Positions 10,708 through 20,773 of a DNA stretch of 64,000 bases are shown here, one piece after another. Below the pieces are notes generated by a model. The model was not told the origin of the DNA. It was given only the letters and a program-made list of their open reading frames with translations, and made no database searches. Within the stretch, counting starts at the first letter, position 1. Each line of letters starts with the position of its first letter. The translations under genes and the position numbers were made by a program. Source of the DNA: Candidatus Hydrogenedentota bacterium (GTDB lineage: Bacteria > Hydrogenedentota > Hydrogenedentia > Hydrogenedentales > SLHB01); contig BTWA01000021.1 in NCBI GenBank assembly GCA_045863295.1, positions 1 to 64,000 on the forward strand, in the 5' to 3' direction.

Positions 10708-11734
10708 GAAATTTGTTTTCCAACTCGACCAGACGGTCTTCCAGGTCTCGGATGCGGCGAAGGGCGTCGGGCAGGTTGCGAAGGGCCGCATGCATGCGGC
10801 GGCCCTTATGAATCTCAACGGCCGGATAGCCGAAAACCACTTCGCCGGACTTTACGGAATTCGTTGTCCCCGAATAGGCGGCCACGATGGCGCGATCGCC
10901 TACTTCCACGTGGCCGTTAACCCCTGCTCCCGCTGCAATGGTGACATTGTCTCCCAGGATCGCGCTACCCGCGATACCCGCATTGCCGCACAAAATACAA
11001 TTTTGACCTATTCGCACATTGTGGCCGATCTGCACAAGGTTGTCAATTTTGGTGCCGCTGCCAATACGCGTTGCACCCATGGTGCCCCGGTCGATTGCCG
11101 AATTCGTGCCGACTTCCACATCGTCTCCCAGGATGACGGTACCCACCTGAGGGATCTTGACGTGCCGGCCTTCGTGGGGCAGAAAACCAAACCCATCGCT
11201 TCCAATCACCGCTCCACTGTGTATGATGCAGCGGTCACCCAATGTAACCCGTTCCCGCAGAACGACATTGGCGTAAACTGTGCAATCCCGGCCCAAACGC
11301 GATTGGCGACCCACGAAAACCCCGGCGCCGATGACCGTGTTTTCCCCTATCGTACATCCGTCTTCAAGTACCGCTTGTGGCCCGACGGATACGTTGGACC
11401 CCAATGTAACTCCCTCTCCGAGGGATGCCGAGGGGTGAATTCCTGCCGACGCCGGTCTAAACTCGGCTTCCACTTGCCGAAGCACCATCACCATCGCGGC
11501 GTAGGGATTCTCCACCTGTATCAGGGGTTTGGGCGCCTCGGAGATGCTTCGGCCCACGAGAATAGCCGAGGCCTGGGTCGTTCCTAAATGACCGGCATAC
11601 CGGCTATCATACAAGAACGTCAGATCGCCTTCTGCCGCGTCGCGGATGCCGTTCACCCCGGAAATCGGGATGGTTCCATCCCCTATTACCGAGCCACCCA
11701 ACCAACCGGCGATTTCTGCCACCGTTGCTTTCAT
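10682..11734 (-). CDS. lpxD: UDP-3-O-(3-hydroxyacyl)glucosamine N-acyltransferase
   Basis: Hexapeptide repeats; GSDGFGF, KIPQVG and KIDNLVQIGHN motifs. Confidence 0.95.
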   Translation of the reverse strand: MKATVAEIAGWLGGSVIGDGTIPISGVNGIRDAAEGDLTFLYDSRYAGHLGTTQASAILVGRSISEAPKPLIQVENPYAAMVMVLRQVEAEFRPASAGIHPSASLGEGVTLGSNVSVGPQAVLEDGCTIGENTVIGAGVFVGRQSRLGRDCTVYANVVLRERVTLGDRCIIHSGAVIGSDGFGFLPHEGRHVKIPQVGTVILGDDVEVGTNSAIDRGTMGATRIGSGTKIDNLVQIGHNVRIGQNCILCGNAGIAGSAILGDNVTIAAGAGVNGHVEVGDRAIVAAYSGTTNSVKSGEVVFGYPAVEIHKGRRMHAALRNLPDALRRIRDLEDRLVELENKFHGKTEDNC

Positions 11735-11788
11735 GCAACCGCCTCGCGGAGCGGCCGAAATGGCCACACCCTGCACGGCAATCCGGCC

Positions 11789-12355
11789 TTACGAACCACT
11801 GTTGAGACGGGCAATCACTTGAGACGTAATGTCAACCGTCGGGCTAAAGTAAATCACGGAGGCCACTTTCGGATCGGCCTCAAAGATGATGTGGTAATTG
11901 TCCTGAGTGCCTATGGCAGCGATGGCTTTTTCGATATCTTCCATAATCGTGCGCAGAAACTTGCTCGTTTCATTGTCAATTTCGCTCTGCTTCTTTTGCA
12001 CTTCCGCACGCAGATCCGCCAGACTCGCTTCTATCTGACGTCCCAATTCTTCGCGTTGGCCTTCTGGCGTAGCATCGAATTTATCTTTGTTGGCCTTAAT
12101 TTGATCGGCCAGGTTGTTAATTTCCGCCTGAAGTGCGTCTTTTTTCTTTTCCAGTGCAGCCATATCCGACTTCTGGCGATTGTAGGCGTCATATACTTTC
12201 TTACGATCCACTACGGCCAATTTCATGGGCGCCTGCTGTGCCGTCGCCTGTCCGGCCGCGGCATGGGCCGTGTCGCCTTCCAAAGACGACGCGATGAATG
12301 AACCCGCAATCGCTCCCACAAACACCGTAAGGCAGAAAAAGAGCGTATTCTTCAC
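11789..12355 (-). CDS. skp: OmpH/Skp periplasmic chaperone
   Basis: Signal peptide, KLAVVD, coiled coil, C-terminal VDITSQVI; lies between bamA and lpxD. GTG start after a GAGAGGGGA RBS. Confidence 0.85.
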   Translation of the reverse strand: MKNTLFFCLTVFVGAIAGSFIASSLEGDTAHAAAGQATAQQAPMKLAVVDRKKVYDAYNRQKSDMAALEKKKDALQAEINNLADQIKANKDKFDATPEGQREELGRQIEASLADLRAEVQKKQSEIDNETSKFLRTIMEDIEKAIAAIGTQDNYHIIFEADPKVASVIYFSPTVDITSQVIARLNSGS

Positions 12356-12487
12356 GGCTAACGATCCCCTCTCATGCACCGGCCCGGAGCATCCATCATA
12401 GAGTTGAGTTTGGCTGACTTATTCCACGTGTTGACTCGTGGGCCGGCCGGTCCAACACGTTTGCTGACCACATTGAAATGAAGCGAG

Positions 12488-12517
12488 AGTATACCATCTA
12501 AAAGAAACAGCACGCAA
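12488..12517 (-). promoter_or_regulatory. Putative sigma70 promoter for skp-lpxD-lpxC/fabZ
   Basis: TTGCGT-N18-TATACT with an extended -10 TG, on the minus strand. Confidence 0.5.
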
Positions 12518-12561
12518 ACAGACGACACTTGGGGGCCATCCATTCATTTGTTCGGAAGCAT

Positions 12562-12597
12562 AAAGAAGAGCGGCCACGCTCGGGGGCGTGACCGCTC
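12562..12597 (-). terminator. Intrinsic terminator after bamA
   Basis: Minus-strand 13-bp stem GAGCGGTCACGCC/AGCGTGGCCGCTC followed by TTCTTT. Confidence 0.65.
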
Positions 12598-12609
12598 GTA
12601 AACACTTGA

Positions 12610-14919
12610 CTAGAACCGGAAACCGCCCTGCAGGTGGAACTTGCCACCGCCTTGATCGTCTTCCGGATTGAGTGGCACGGCGTAGTCCAACCGAATCGGG
12701 CCAAAACGAGGCACGTCGAATCCGATACCCACGCCCGCGCCGTACTTCATGTCGCCGAAGCCAAAGTCGCTGGGTTCGAGCCACACACCACCGCCGTCGA
12801 TAAACCCGTACAACCGCAGCATCTTATTGACTTTGTACTTGATTTCCACGCTGTTCAGCAGCCGCAACTCGCCGCCCACAGCCCGCTCCTCGCCGAAGAA
12901 GATGAACTCCTTCACCTTCGGCCCAATATCACGGTTGTCGTAGCCACGCACGGTCGTCGAGCCACCGGCAAAGTAGCGGTCGGACAAGGGGATGACGTCC
13001 GAATTGCCCCAGGTTCCGCCAATACCTTGGCGCGACCGGTACGACAACACCCACTTCTTTTCTTCGCCAAACGACCAGTACCACGTGGAATCATGGTCCA
13101 GCTTGTAGAAGTCGTTGTCGCCGCCCAAACCGGCAAATTCAATTTGCAGGTCGTGCCGGGCGCCGCGCGTGGCGTCGCGTGTGTTATCCACCGTCGTCCG
13201 GTTGATGCCCCACAAGGTGCTGGAGGTCGTATCGCCTCCTAAATAGTCCCGGTACGGGTTAAAGAGCCCGGTGTCGAAATCGCTGTAGTTCACGCTGCGG
13301 AACCGGTAGGCCGCGCGCGCGGTGACGTACGGCGACAGCACCTTGGCAAAGCGAAGCTGTATGCCTCGGGACTCTTCCGTGTAGTCCGTGCCGCCGGTGT
13401 ACTCGACCGACTCGTCAAAGAGGTCAAACCCGAATCCCAGCGGGTATCCCAAGAATTCGGGATCCGTGAAACTGATGTTGTATTCGGTGCGGCGCTGACC
13501 CAACGCGAGGCGAATGCGCAATTGCTGGCCGCCGCCGCTGAAGGTCGGCCATTTCATGATGTCGAAGTTGTCGAATTTTAGCTCCGTGTATCCGCCGAAA
13601 CCTTCATCCGTGTTGTAGCCGAAGCCAAAGTTCCAGAAGCCGGTCTTGCCTTCGTCCACGTCGATGATCAGATTCGAAAACTCGTCATCGCCTTCGATAT
13701 CTTCGAGATTCATCCGCACCGCTTCGAAATATTCGGTGTTGTTCAGGCGAATTCGCGTGGCTTCCATCAAGCTGCCGTCAAAACGCTCTCCGGGATTCAT
13801 AAACACTTCGCGGCGTATGACATCGTCGCGTGTAACGTCGTTGCCGGTGATCTTGATTTCCTTGACATACTTCAAGTCGCCTTCGGCCACGCGATGCACG
13901 ACGTTGGTTGTGTTATTGTCGCGGTTTAACGTTACCTGCGGCGTCGTTTCGGCATTCACGTAGCCGCTGTCCGCATACCCTTTGGTGATCGTCTGGGCAT
14001 CGGCTTCCACTTGTCCGCGGTTGTGGATGTCGCCGGCTTCAACCTTGAGAAGCCCCATAATTTCGTCGTCGTCAAATACCGTATTGTCCGCCAGTTCAAG
14101 CGAACCGACCGAATACTCCGGACCTTCATCGACATAAATGGTGATATTCAGCCCCTTGGCATTTTCCGTGTATTGGAGATCCGCCCGGGTCACTTCAGCT
14201 TCCAAGCGGCCTACATCGCCGTACTTATCCTTGATGGCTCCCATGTCCGCGTTGAATTTTTCTTCGTCGTACTTGCCGCCCAGGAACCACCAGCGCCTCT
14301 TGGTCGCCATGGAGCGGCGCACCTTGCGATCGCTCAGGGCCTCGTTGCCCTCCACGGCGATCGAGTGAATACGCGCCTTGCGGCCTTCGTCAATCAGGTA
14401 GGTGATGCGGACCCGCGATGGGCCGACCTTCTCCACGACGATATCCACGCTTGTGTTCGGTATGCCTTTGGACTCGTACACGCGCAGTACCGCTTCGCGC
14501 TCTTCTTCATAGGCCTCGGGCACAAACGTGTCGCCTTCCCGCCACGAAAGGGCGCCCCGGATATTGCGGGTACGGACTTTGTCATTGCCGACAATTTTGA
14601 CCTCGCCAATGACCTGCTTCTCTTCGACAATGTAGGTGACGATGACTTCGCCGCCCGAGGGCTCGGACGATTCCACGCGAACGGTGGAAAAGTACGTAGT
14701 GTCGAAGAGCCGTTTGATATCGCGCGCTATGGCACGATCATTGAACGCCAGACCGGGCTGGATTTCGAGTTGGGACCGGATTACCTGATCGCTGACGCGT
14801 TCCAATCCCTCAATGCGGACTTCCTTGACGGTAACCCCCTGCGGCGTCTCCTGTTGAGCATACGCCTGCAAAAGACACACGCCGAGAGCCGCCATACCGA
14901 GTACGATTCTCTGTCGCAA
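12610..14919 (-). CDS. bamA: Outer membrane protein assembly factor BamA
   Basis: POTRA repeats, VRGY loop motif, FGPIRLDYA, C-terminal Phe; adjacent to skp and lpxD. Confidence 0.95.
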   Translation of the reverse strand: MRQRIVLGMAALGVCLLQAYAQQETPQGVTVKEVRIEGLERVSDQVIRSQLEIQPGLAFNDRAIARDIKRLFDTTYFSTVRVESSEPSGGEVIVTYIVEEKQVIGEVKIVGNDKVRTRNIRGALSWREGDTFVPEAYEEEREAVLRVYESKGIPNTSVDIVVEKVGPSRVRITYLIDEGRKARIHSIAVEGNEALSDRKVRRSMATKRRWWFLGGKYDEEKFNADMGAIKDKYGDVGRLEAEVTRADLQYTENAKGLNITIYVDEGPEYSVGSLELADNTVFDDDEIMGLLKVEAGDIHNRGQVEADAQTITKGYADSGYVNAETTPQVTLNRDNNTTNVVHRVAEGDLKYVKEIKITGNDVTRDDVIRREVFMNPGERFDGSLMEATRIRLNNTEYFEAVRMNLEDIEGDDEFSNLIIDVDEGKTGFWNFGFGYNTDEGFGGYTELKFDNFDIMKWPTFSGGGQQLRIRLALGQRRTEYNISFTDPEFLGYPLGFGFDLFDESVEYTGGTDYTEESRGIQLRFAKVLSPYVTARAAYRFRSVNYSDFDTGLFNPYRDYLGGDTTSSTLWGINRTTVDNTRDATRGARHDLQIEFAGLGGDNDFYKLDHDSTWYWSFGEEKKWVLSYRSRQGIGGTWGNSDVIPLSDRYFAGGSTTVRGYDNRDIGPKVKEFIFFGEERAVGGELRLLNSVEIKYKVNKMLRLYGFIDGGGVWLEPSDFGFGDMKYGAGVGIGFDVPRFGPIRLDYAVPLNPEDDQGGGKFHLQGGFRF

Positions 14920-14958
14920 TGAAGTCCTACCTTCCGCTGGGCGAATCCGTGGTGTCGC

Positions 14959-17415
14959 TCAGTTGGTTATGCCTTCCGGCACCCGCATGACCGCTTTGAA
15001 CGTAAGCTTGTCTTCCTCGTCCGAAGTGCGGATTTCAATGTGGTCGCCTGGCCCAAAATTCCCCCGTAGCACCAACTCGGAGAGCGGATCCTCGACATAC
15101 TGCTGAACCGCACGCCGCAAAGGCCGCGCGCCATATTGCTCGTCGCTCCCCTTTCGAACGACAAACTCTTTGGCATCATCAGACAGGGACAGTTCGAGGC
15201 CTTTTTCGCGCAAGCGTTCTATCACTTCCGCCACTTGAATGTCAACAATTCGCACCAGTTCCTCGTGGTTAAGCCGCTGGAATACCACCACTTCGTCAAC
15301 CCGGTTCAGGAACTCGGGATTGAATACTTTGCGGACTTCGTCCATCACCCGATCTTTCATCGCCCGGTAGTCGTCGTCCCGGGTGTCCCGCTGGAATCCC
15401 AGTGTCACATTTTTCCCGATACGCCGCGCGCCGATATTGCTGGTCATCACGATGACCGTATTGCGGAAATCCACCTTGCGGCCCGTGGAATCGGTCATAT
15501 GGCCGTCTTCCAGAACCTGGAGCAGGATATTGAACACATCGGGATGGGCCTTCTCAATTTCATCAAATAGCACTACCGAATACGGCCGACGCCGGACCTG
15601 TTCCGTCAATTGCCCGCCCTCATTGTAGCCGACGTAGCCCGGAGGCGCCCCGGCAAGCCGGGAAACGGCAAACTTCTCCATATATTCCGACATATCAATG
15701 GTTATCAGCGCGTCTTCATTGCCAAACAGAAACTCGGCCAGCGTTTTCGCGAGCAGGGTCTTGCCGACGCCCGTCGGTCCCAGGAACAGAAACGAACCCA
15801 CGGGCCGTTTCGTATTACGCAGTCCCGCCCGCGACCGCTGTATCGAACGCGTGATGGCATCGATAGCCGCGTCTTGGCCAATCAAGTGTTTGTGCAGTTC
15901 CTCGCGCATGCGCAATAGCCGCGAAGATTCGGTTTCCTCCAACTTCGTCAGCGGTATGCCGGTCCACTTCGAAACTATGTACGCAATGTCTTCTTCGCTT
16001 ACGATCATCTCGGAGGAATCGCGCTTCATTTCCCATTCGCGCTTTTTTGCTTCCAAATCCGCGATCAGGGAGCGTTCGCGATCGCGCAGTCCCGCCGCCT
16101 TCTCGTATTCCTGCCGGCGGATAGCCGCCTCTTTCTGCTGTGTGACTTCCTCAATTTCCTGTTCGATCAGCTTCAACGCGGCGGGGCGAGTGGTAATCTG
16201 CAACCGTGCACGGCTGCCCGCTTCGTCAATAACGTCCACGGCCTTGTCGGGCAAGAACCGGTCGGTGATGTACTGGTGCGACAACTTTGCGGCCGCCAGA
16301 ATTGCATCGTCGCTGAATTTGACCCGGTGATGCGCTTCGTACTTGTCGCTCAGCCCCTTGATGATTTCGATAGTCTGTTCGACAGACGGCTCGTCTACCA
16401 TGATGGTCTGGAATCGCCGGGCGAGTGCCGCGTCTTTTTCAATGTGTTTGCGGTATTCGTCGAGGGTCGTCGCTCCGATGCATTGCAGTTCGCCGCGGGC
16501 CAACGCGGGCTTCAACATGTTCGCGGCGTCAACAGCGCCTTCAGCCGCGCCGGCTCCGACTATCGTGTGCAACTCGTCAATAAACAGGATAATATTGTCG
16601 GCGCGCCTGATTTCTTTCATGACCGATTTCAGGCGTTCCTCAAACTGGCCGCGGTACTTGGTTCCGGCGACAACGCCTGCCAAGTCCAGCGTCAACACGC
16701 GCCGGTTCAAGAGCAGGTCGGGCACATCGCCATTGATGATCGCCTGCGCCAGCCCTTCGACGATTGCAGTCTTGCCCACGCCGGCCTCGCCAATCAGTAC
16801 GGGATTGTTTTTCGTACGGCGGCTCAACACCTGGATTACGCGTTCAATTTCACCGGCGCGCCCTATTACGGGATCGAGCTTACCTTCCCGGGCCAGTTCG
16901 GTAAGGTCGCGGCCAAACGTGTCCAGCGCCGGTGTTTGGGATTTTTTTCCGCTCGCCGGCTGCTGGCCGGACTTGCCCTGATCGCCCAACAGGCGGATCA
17001 CCTCGGCCTGAATTCGATCGGGATCCACTTTCATATCCTGAAGGACCTTCGCCGCAATGCCTTCGCCTTCTTTCACGAGGCCGAGCAGAATGTGCTCCGT
17101 GCCGATATAGTTGTGGTTGAACCGGCGCGCCTCGTCCACGGCCAGTTCCAACACTTTCTTGGCGCGCGGAGTAAACGCGATTTCATCTCCCGAAACAACG
17201 GCATTGCCCTTCTGCACTTGTTGCTCGATTTCCATCGCCAACGATTCAATGTCCACGCCCAGATTTTCGAGCGCGCGCGCGGCGATACCATCGGGTTCGC
17301 GGCAAAGGCCGAGCAGAATATGCTCCGTGCGGACGTATTCGCTCCCCAACCGGGTCGCTTCTTCACGCGCCGCGCTCACCACGTGTTTCGCTCGTTCGGT
17401 AAACCGTTCCCACAT
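14959..17415 (-). CDS. clpC: ATP-dependent Clp protease ATPase ClpC
   Basis: Clp-N repeats, two AAA modules ([16 protein letters not shown]), UVR-type M domain, LGF ClpP-binding loop. Confidence 0.95.
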   Translation of the reverse strand: MWERFTERAKHVVSAAREEATRLGSEYVRTEHILLGLCREPDGIAARALENLGVDIESLAMEIEQQVQKGNAVVSGDEIAFTPRAKKVLELAVDEARRFNHNYIGTEHILLGLVKEGEGIAAKVLQDMKVDPDRIQAEVIRLLGDQGKSGQQPASGKKSQTPALDTFGRDLTELAREGKLDPVIGRAGEIERVIQVLSRRTKNNPVLIGEAGVGKTAIVEGLAQAIINGDVPDLLLNRRVLTLDLAGVVAGTKYRGQFEERLKSVMKEIRRADNIILFIDELHTIVGAGAAEGAVDAANMLKPALARGELQCIGATTLDEYRKHIEKDAALARRFQTIMVDEPSVEQTIEIIKGLSDKYEAHHRVKFSDDAILAAAKLSHQYITDRFLPDKAVDVIDEAGSRARLQITTRPAALKLIEQEIEEVTQQKEAAIRRQEYEKAAGLRDRERSLIADLEAKKREWEMKRDSSEMIVSEEDIAYIVSKWTGIPLTKLEETESSRLLRMREELHKHLIGQDAAIDAITRSIQRSRAGLRNTKRPVGSFLFLGPTGVGKTLLAKTLAEFLFGNEDALITIDMSEYMEKFAVSRLAGAPPGYVGYNEGGQLTEQVRRRPYSVVLFDEIEKAHPDVFNILLQVLEDGHMTDSTGRKVDFRNTVIVMTSNIGARRIGKNVTLGFQRDTRDDDYRAMKDRVMDEVRKVFNPEFLNRVDEVVVFQRLNHEELVRIVDIQVAEVIERLREKGLELSLSDDAKEFVVRKGSDEQYGARPLRRAVQQYVEDPLSELVLRGNFGPGDHIEIRTSDEEDKLTFKAVMRVPEGITN

Positions 17416-17512
17416 AGAATTAGGTGTCCTTATTTCCAAGCGCCCGATGACCGGCCCCGTCTTGGCAGCCTGCGCTTCTTTTGTTATGGTTCCTGCCTGC
17501 CTCCGGCCGGCT

Positions 17513-18556
17513 CTACGAAAAACGCTCGCGAAACAACCCCGCACGCTCCAGACGTAACGTAAGGTCGTCGCAAGCGCGGCCCAGCCGTAATTCCAGATGC
17601 GCGGCTTGGGACGTCATCATCACGTCGCCGATTTGGCCCAACGTGAATCCTTCCAAATACGACGTGAGCGTGCCCAGGCGCAATGAGGATATTAACGACA
17701 AGCCTTCTTCAAACGTGAGCAAATGCGCTCCGCGAGCCACGCCCAATGCGCGCCCCACGCGATCGGCGACGCCATGCGCACCCTCGTTCAACATCAGATC
17801 GCGCGACTCGCGCTCTTGCGCCGCCAAATCGGTCGCACGCGTACGAACGTGATATACGACCTCTTCTTCCGATCGACCCATCGTCGCCAGATTGCCTACG
17901 GTAAACAAATCGCCCGGCGCATCTTCCAAACGCCCGAAGAGTCCTTCAATGCAGTGATGTTCTTCCCGAAATCGCTGGTCGATCGCCAGAAGCCGCTGCG
18001 CCGCCCCAAGCCCCGGCAGGTGCATCACCACCCGAATGCTGAGTCCGGTGCCCAGATCCTCCAGCCGGGAAGCCAAAAAGCCATGGCGGTCTTCATATGC
18101 GAAATCCAACGGGCCGGAAAGCAGGGTGTCAATTTGGTCGACGCGATTCCACACTTCCATGCACTGCTGCCCGGGCAAATGGCACGTCACCACTACGTGA
18201 TCGCGCTCGTTGATCATCAGGCTGACGCCCTGGTCGTCGCTCACAAACACGCCGCGGGGACCATATCCGTACAGCAGTTCACGGCTGATTAGCCGGCGTT
18301 CTTCCAGAAACCGCGCTTCTCGAGTGTCAATTGTTTCCAGACTGTAGTACTGGCCGCCGGCGAATAGCCCGGATTGCTCCACCGCCTGTACCACCCGATC
18401 CGCCACCACGCGGCGTTCGCTTTCGGAGGCCAGTCCGGGAAACGGCAAATCCGCAAGATTACGCCGAAGCGTCCCTTGCGTAAAGAGCGCGGACTCCGAA
18501 CCAGGTCCTTTACCGCCCAGCCAGGGCAGTGCCTTATCTCGTAGTGTTTCGAGCAT
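17513..18556 (-). CDS. mcsB: McsB-family protein arginine kinase homolog with degenerate catalytic motifs
   Basis: Phosphagen-kinase fold motifs (RNL, ERRLIS, INERDH, LGTGL..VMHLPGL); lies between mcsA and clpC. Confidence 0.85.
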   Translation of the reverse strand: MLETLRDKALPWLGGKGPGSESALFTQGTLRRNLADLPFPGLASESERRVVADRVVQAVEQSGLFAGGQYYSLETIDTREARFLEERRLISRELLYGYGPRGVFVSDDQGVSLMINERDHVVVTCHLPGQQCMEVWNRVDQIDTLLSGPLDFAYEDRHGFLASRLEDLGTGLSIRVVMHLPGLGAAQRLLAIDQRFREEHHCIEGLFGRLEDAPGDLFTVGNLATMGRSEEEVVYHVRTRATDLAAQERESRDLMLNEGAHGVADRVGRALGVARGAHLLTFEEGLSLISSLRLGTLTSYLEGFTLGQIGDVMMTSQAAHLELRLGRACDDLTLRLERAGLFRERFS

Positions 18557-19082
18557 GATCCGGTCCTGGTTCATTGGGCCCAATCATTGTGGACTCCATT
18601 TGTTGGATGGTGTCCCGGAGCTGCGCCGCTTCTTCGTAATTCTCGGTCTTTAATGCACTTCGCAACAACGCACGCTTGGCCTGCAACTGGCCCCGTTTTC
18701 GTTGACGCTCGTCGTCCAGGTTGGGTTTCTTTCCCCGGTGAATCAGGGCCACATGCATGTCGCGAATCAGGGGATCCAAGTGTTCTTCAAACGTGCTGTA
18801 ACACGTCGCGCAACCCACCCGCCGCCGATCCAACACGTCGCGAAGCCGAGTTCCGCAGGCCGGACAGGACAGGTTGGGGACGCCCTCCGTTCGCGCACGC
18901 TCGCGGCTGGCCTGACTTCGCTTGGGGCGCGGCGCGGCGCCCGACAGACCGAAGCCGGTTGAAGATTCACCTTGCTGGCGCGCCAGACAGTCCTGGCACA
19001 GATGCAGATCGGCAACTTTTCCGTCTACAACCTCGGCATAACGCACCGAGGCAAGGTTTTTGTGGCATCGCTGGCACAACAT
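18534..19082 (-). CDS. mcsA: McsA protein-arginine kinase activator (CxxC motifs plus UVR domain)
   Basis: Four CxxC motifs (CQRC, CQDC, CPAC, CATC), HRGKKP, and a C-terminal ENYEEAAQLRD UVR motif. Confidence 0.9.
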   Translation of the reverse strand: MLCQRCHKNLASVRYAEVVDGKVADLHLCQDCLARQQGESSTGFGLSGAAPRPKRSQASRERARTEGVPNLSCPACGTRLRDVLDRRRVGCATCYSTFEEHLDPLIRDMHVALIHRGKKPNLDDERQRKRGQLQAKRALLRSALKTENYEEAAQLRDTIQQMESTMIGPNEPGPDHARNTTR

Positions 19083-19157
19083 CGAAATGCCCTCAGCAGC
19101 CGATTGGGATGTGACGGCACCGCAATCGGCACTATTGCTTACCGCATCGCTTACAAT

Positions 19158-19186
19158 ATTGTGACAAGATGACTGCACAACATCAA
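19158..19186 (-). promoter_or_regulatory. Putative sigma70 promoter of mcsA-mcsB-clpC
   Basis: TTGATG-N17-CACAAT with an extended -10 TG, on the minus strand. Confidence 0.5.
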
Positions 19187-19469
19187 GTAATACCGGTTTG
19201 CCCTGACTCAATTGGTCGCGGCCAATCCATCGAAGGCATGGGTAAAAACGCGGTCTCAATTTCTTCTCAACAAGACGAATGGCACAAAATATTCTTCACG
19301 CCATACACGACAGCCAATCCGACGTAAGTTCCTTGAGAACAAACTAAAAGCGATACAGGATAAGCGCAATCAGGGCAAGATTGGGGAGCCGTTCTGTCTT
19401 CGGGCAGCCCAATCGCCTGTTAAAGAGCTAACCTGTTGCAATCTATATACTTACAAGAAAAGTCGCTGT

Positions 19470-20171
19470 CTAGGTTTCACTCGGAGGCTTGCGGCCTTTG
19501 TGGGTGGCAATTTGTGCCAGAACGCCGGCAAGGGTAAGTACCGCCCAGCACAAAACCATTATGCCCCGATTGCGGTCCATGGCTAAAGGCTCGCCCAAGG
19601 ACTGCACCACATCTGGACCGAGGAAGAAATACGCTACGCCACAGACAGTCGCCCATGCCCCGAGAGCGGCGGTCCCGAGGGTCATAACGGGCCTTTCCAA
19701 TAACAAGGCCACGATGCCGCCGGCAAACGCCCCGCCGATGACCCCCCAAATAGCCCACTCGACATCGCGAACCGACAGAATTTGGTGTGAGATCAGGCCG
19801 ACGGCCATTGACCCCAGAATGAAAATGCCGGTGCGGTACAGAAAGAAGAGAGCCGCCGCGCCACATCCGCCTCCGAAAAGGGCAAACAGCCCCATAATCA
19901 AGGGTTCACCTTTGCTCAGATAGCCCGCGATCAGGCCGGCGACAGCCCCGGCCAAGAGAAATCCGGTTAGTCCAATAACGAATTTCAGGGTTTTGTATCC
20001 CAAGAAGCAGTAGAGGAGACCCAGCGCCACCGCGCCAACAACGGCCACCTGCGACCCCGCCAATGGCAGTTCGCTGAGGCGATCCACGGGCAGTGCGGCT
20101 GCGTCGGGCAGAATGCCGGTCTGGGCGATGAGAGGTCGTAAGGCTTTCAACTCGCTACCTTTACTGGCCAT
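19470..20171 (-). CDS. DUF4203-like multi-pass membrane protein
   Basis: About 7 Gly-rich TM segments; GLLYCFLGYK pattern. Confidence 0.7.
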   Translation of the reverse strand: MASKGSELKALRPLIAQTGILPDAAALPVDRLSELPLAGSQVAVVGAVALGLLYCFLGYKTLKFVIGLTGFLLAGAVAGLIAGYLSKGEPLIMGLFALFGGGCGAAALFFLYRTGIFILGSMAVGLISHQILSVRDVEWAIWGVIGGAFAGGIVALLLERPVMTLGTAALGAWATVCGVAYFFLGPDVVQSLGEPLAMDRNRGIMVLCWAVLTLAGVLAQIATHKGRKPPSET

Positions 20172-20272
20172 GGGAGTGCATGGTAAACTTTGCCCCCCGC
20201 CGGAACAGAAATACCGGCCCGGTCTGGGTCGTTGGTAACGGCGTACATTGCGTTTTTAAGGAGTGGTACACT

Positions 20273-20611
20273 ATGCCAACCTATACCTACGCGTGCAACA
20301 AATGTGGCGCGGAGCAAAATGAATTTCACGGGATCTCTGCCGTGCCGAAGGTGCAATGCTCGGCGTGTGGAAGCAAAAGCATGAAACGCCGCCTGGGCAC
20401 CGGTTCGGGCCTGATATTCAAGGGTTCCGGTTTTTACGAGACGGACTACAAGACCAAGCGGGGCGAAAACGGTTCAGCCAAGGCCGAAGCCAAATCGGAG
20501 TCCAAATCCGATTCGTCCAGCGCATCGAACGGTGCTTCCTCGGCCGAGTCGAAGCCAGCGGCTAAAGCCGAATCGGCTCCTAAGAAGGGCGAGTCCGTTT
20601 CGAAAGCCTGA
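20273..20611 (+). CDS. FmdB-family zinc ribbon protein
   Basis: MPTYTYACNKC..CSAC, IFKGSGFYETDY, Ser/Lys/Ala-rich tail; AGGAG RBS. Confidence 0.9.
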   Translation: MPTYTYACNKCGAEQNEFHGISAVPKVQCSACGSKSMKRRLGTGSGLIFKGSGFYETDYKTKRGENGSAKAEAKSESKSDSSSASNGASSAESKPAAKAESAPKKGESVSKA

Positions 20612-20773
20612 GCAAGGACCGCGCAGGGGCGCGTTTCGTTGGGTGAAACGCGCTCGAATTTTTTTTCGGGCTAGTGGCGGCAGGCGCGAAACTATGCATA
20701 GACGGTGGGAAGTAACTTCTTTCCGAGGGATGCATAGGGTCGCGGTCTTTACCGCAAAACGGGAGCACTGCCC

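Noticed and set aside
16276..17562. Long antisense ORFs (for example 428 aa opposite clpC, 382 aa opposite flagellin, 326 aa opposite lpxD)
   Set aside because: They are shadow ORFs expected opposite well-conserved genes in GC-rich DNA and have no recognisable motifs.
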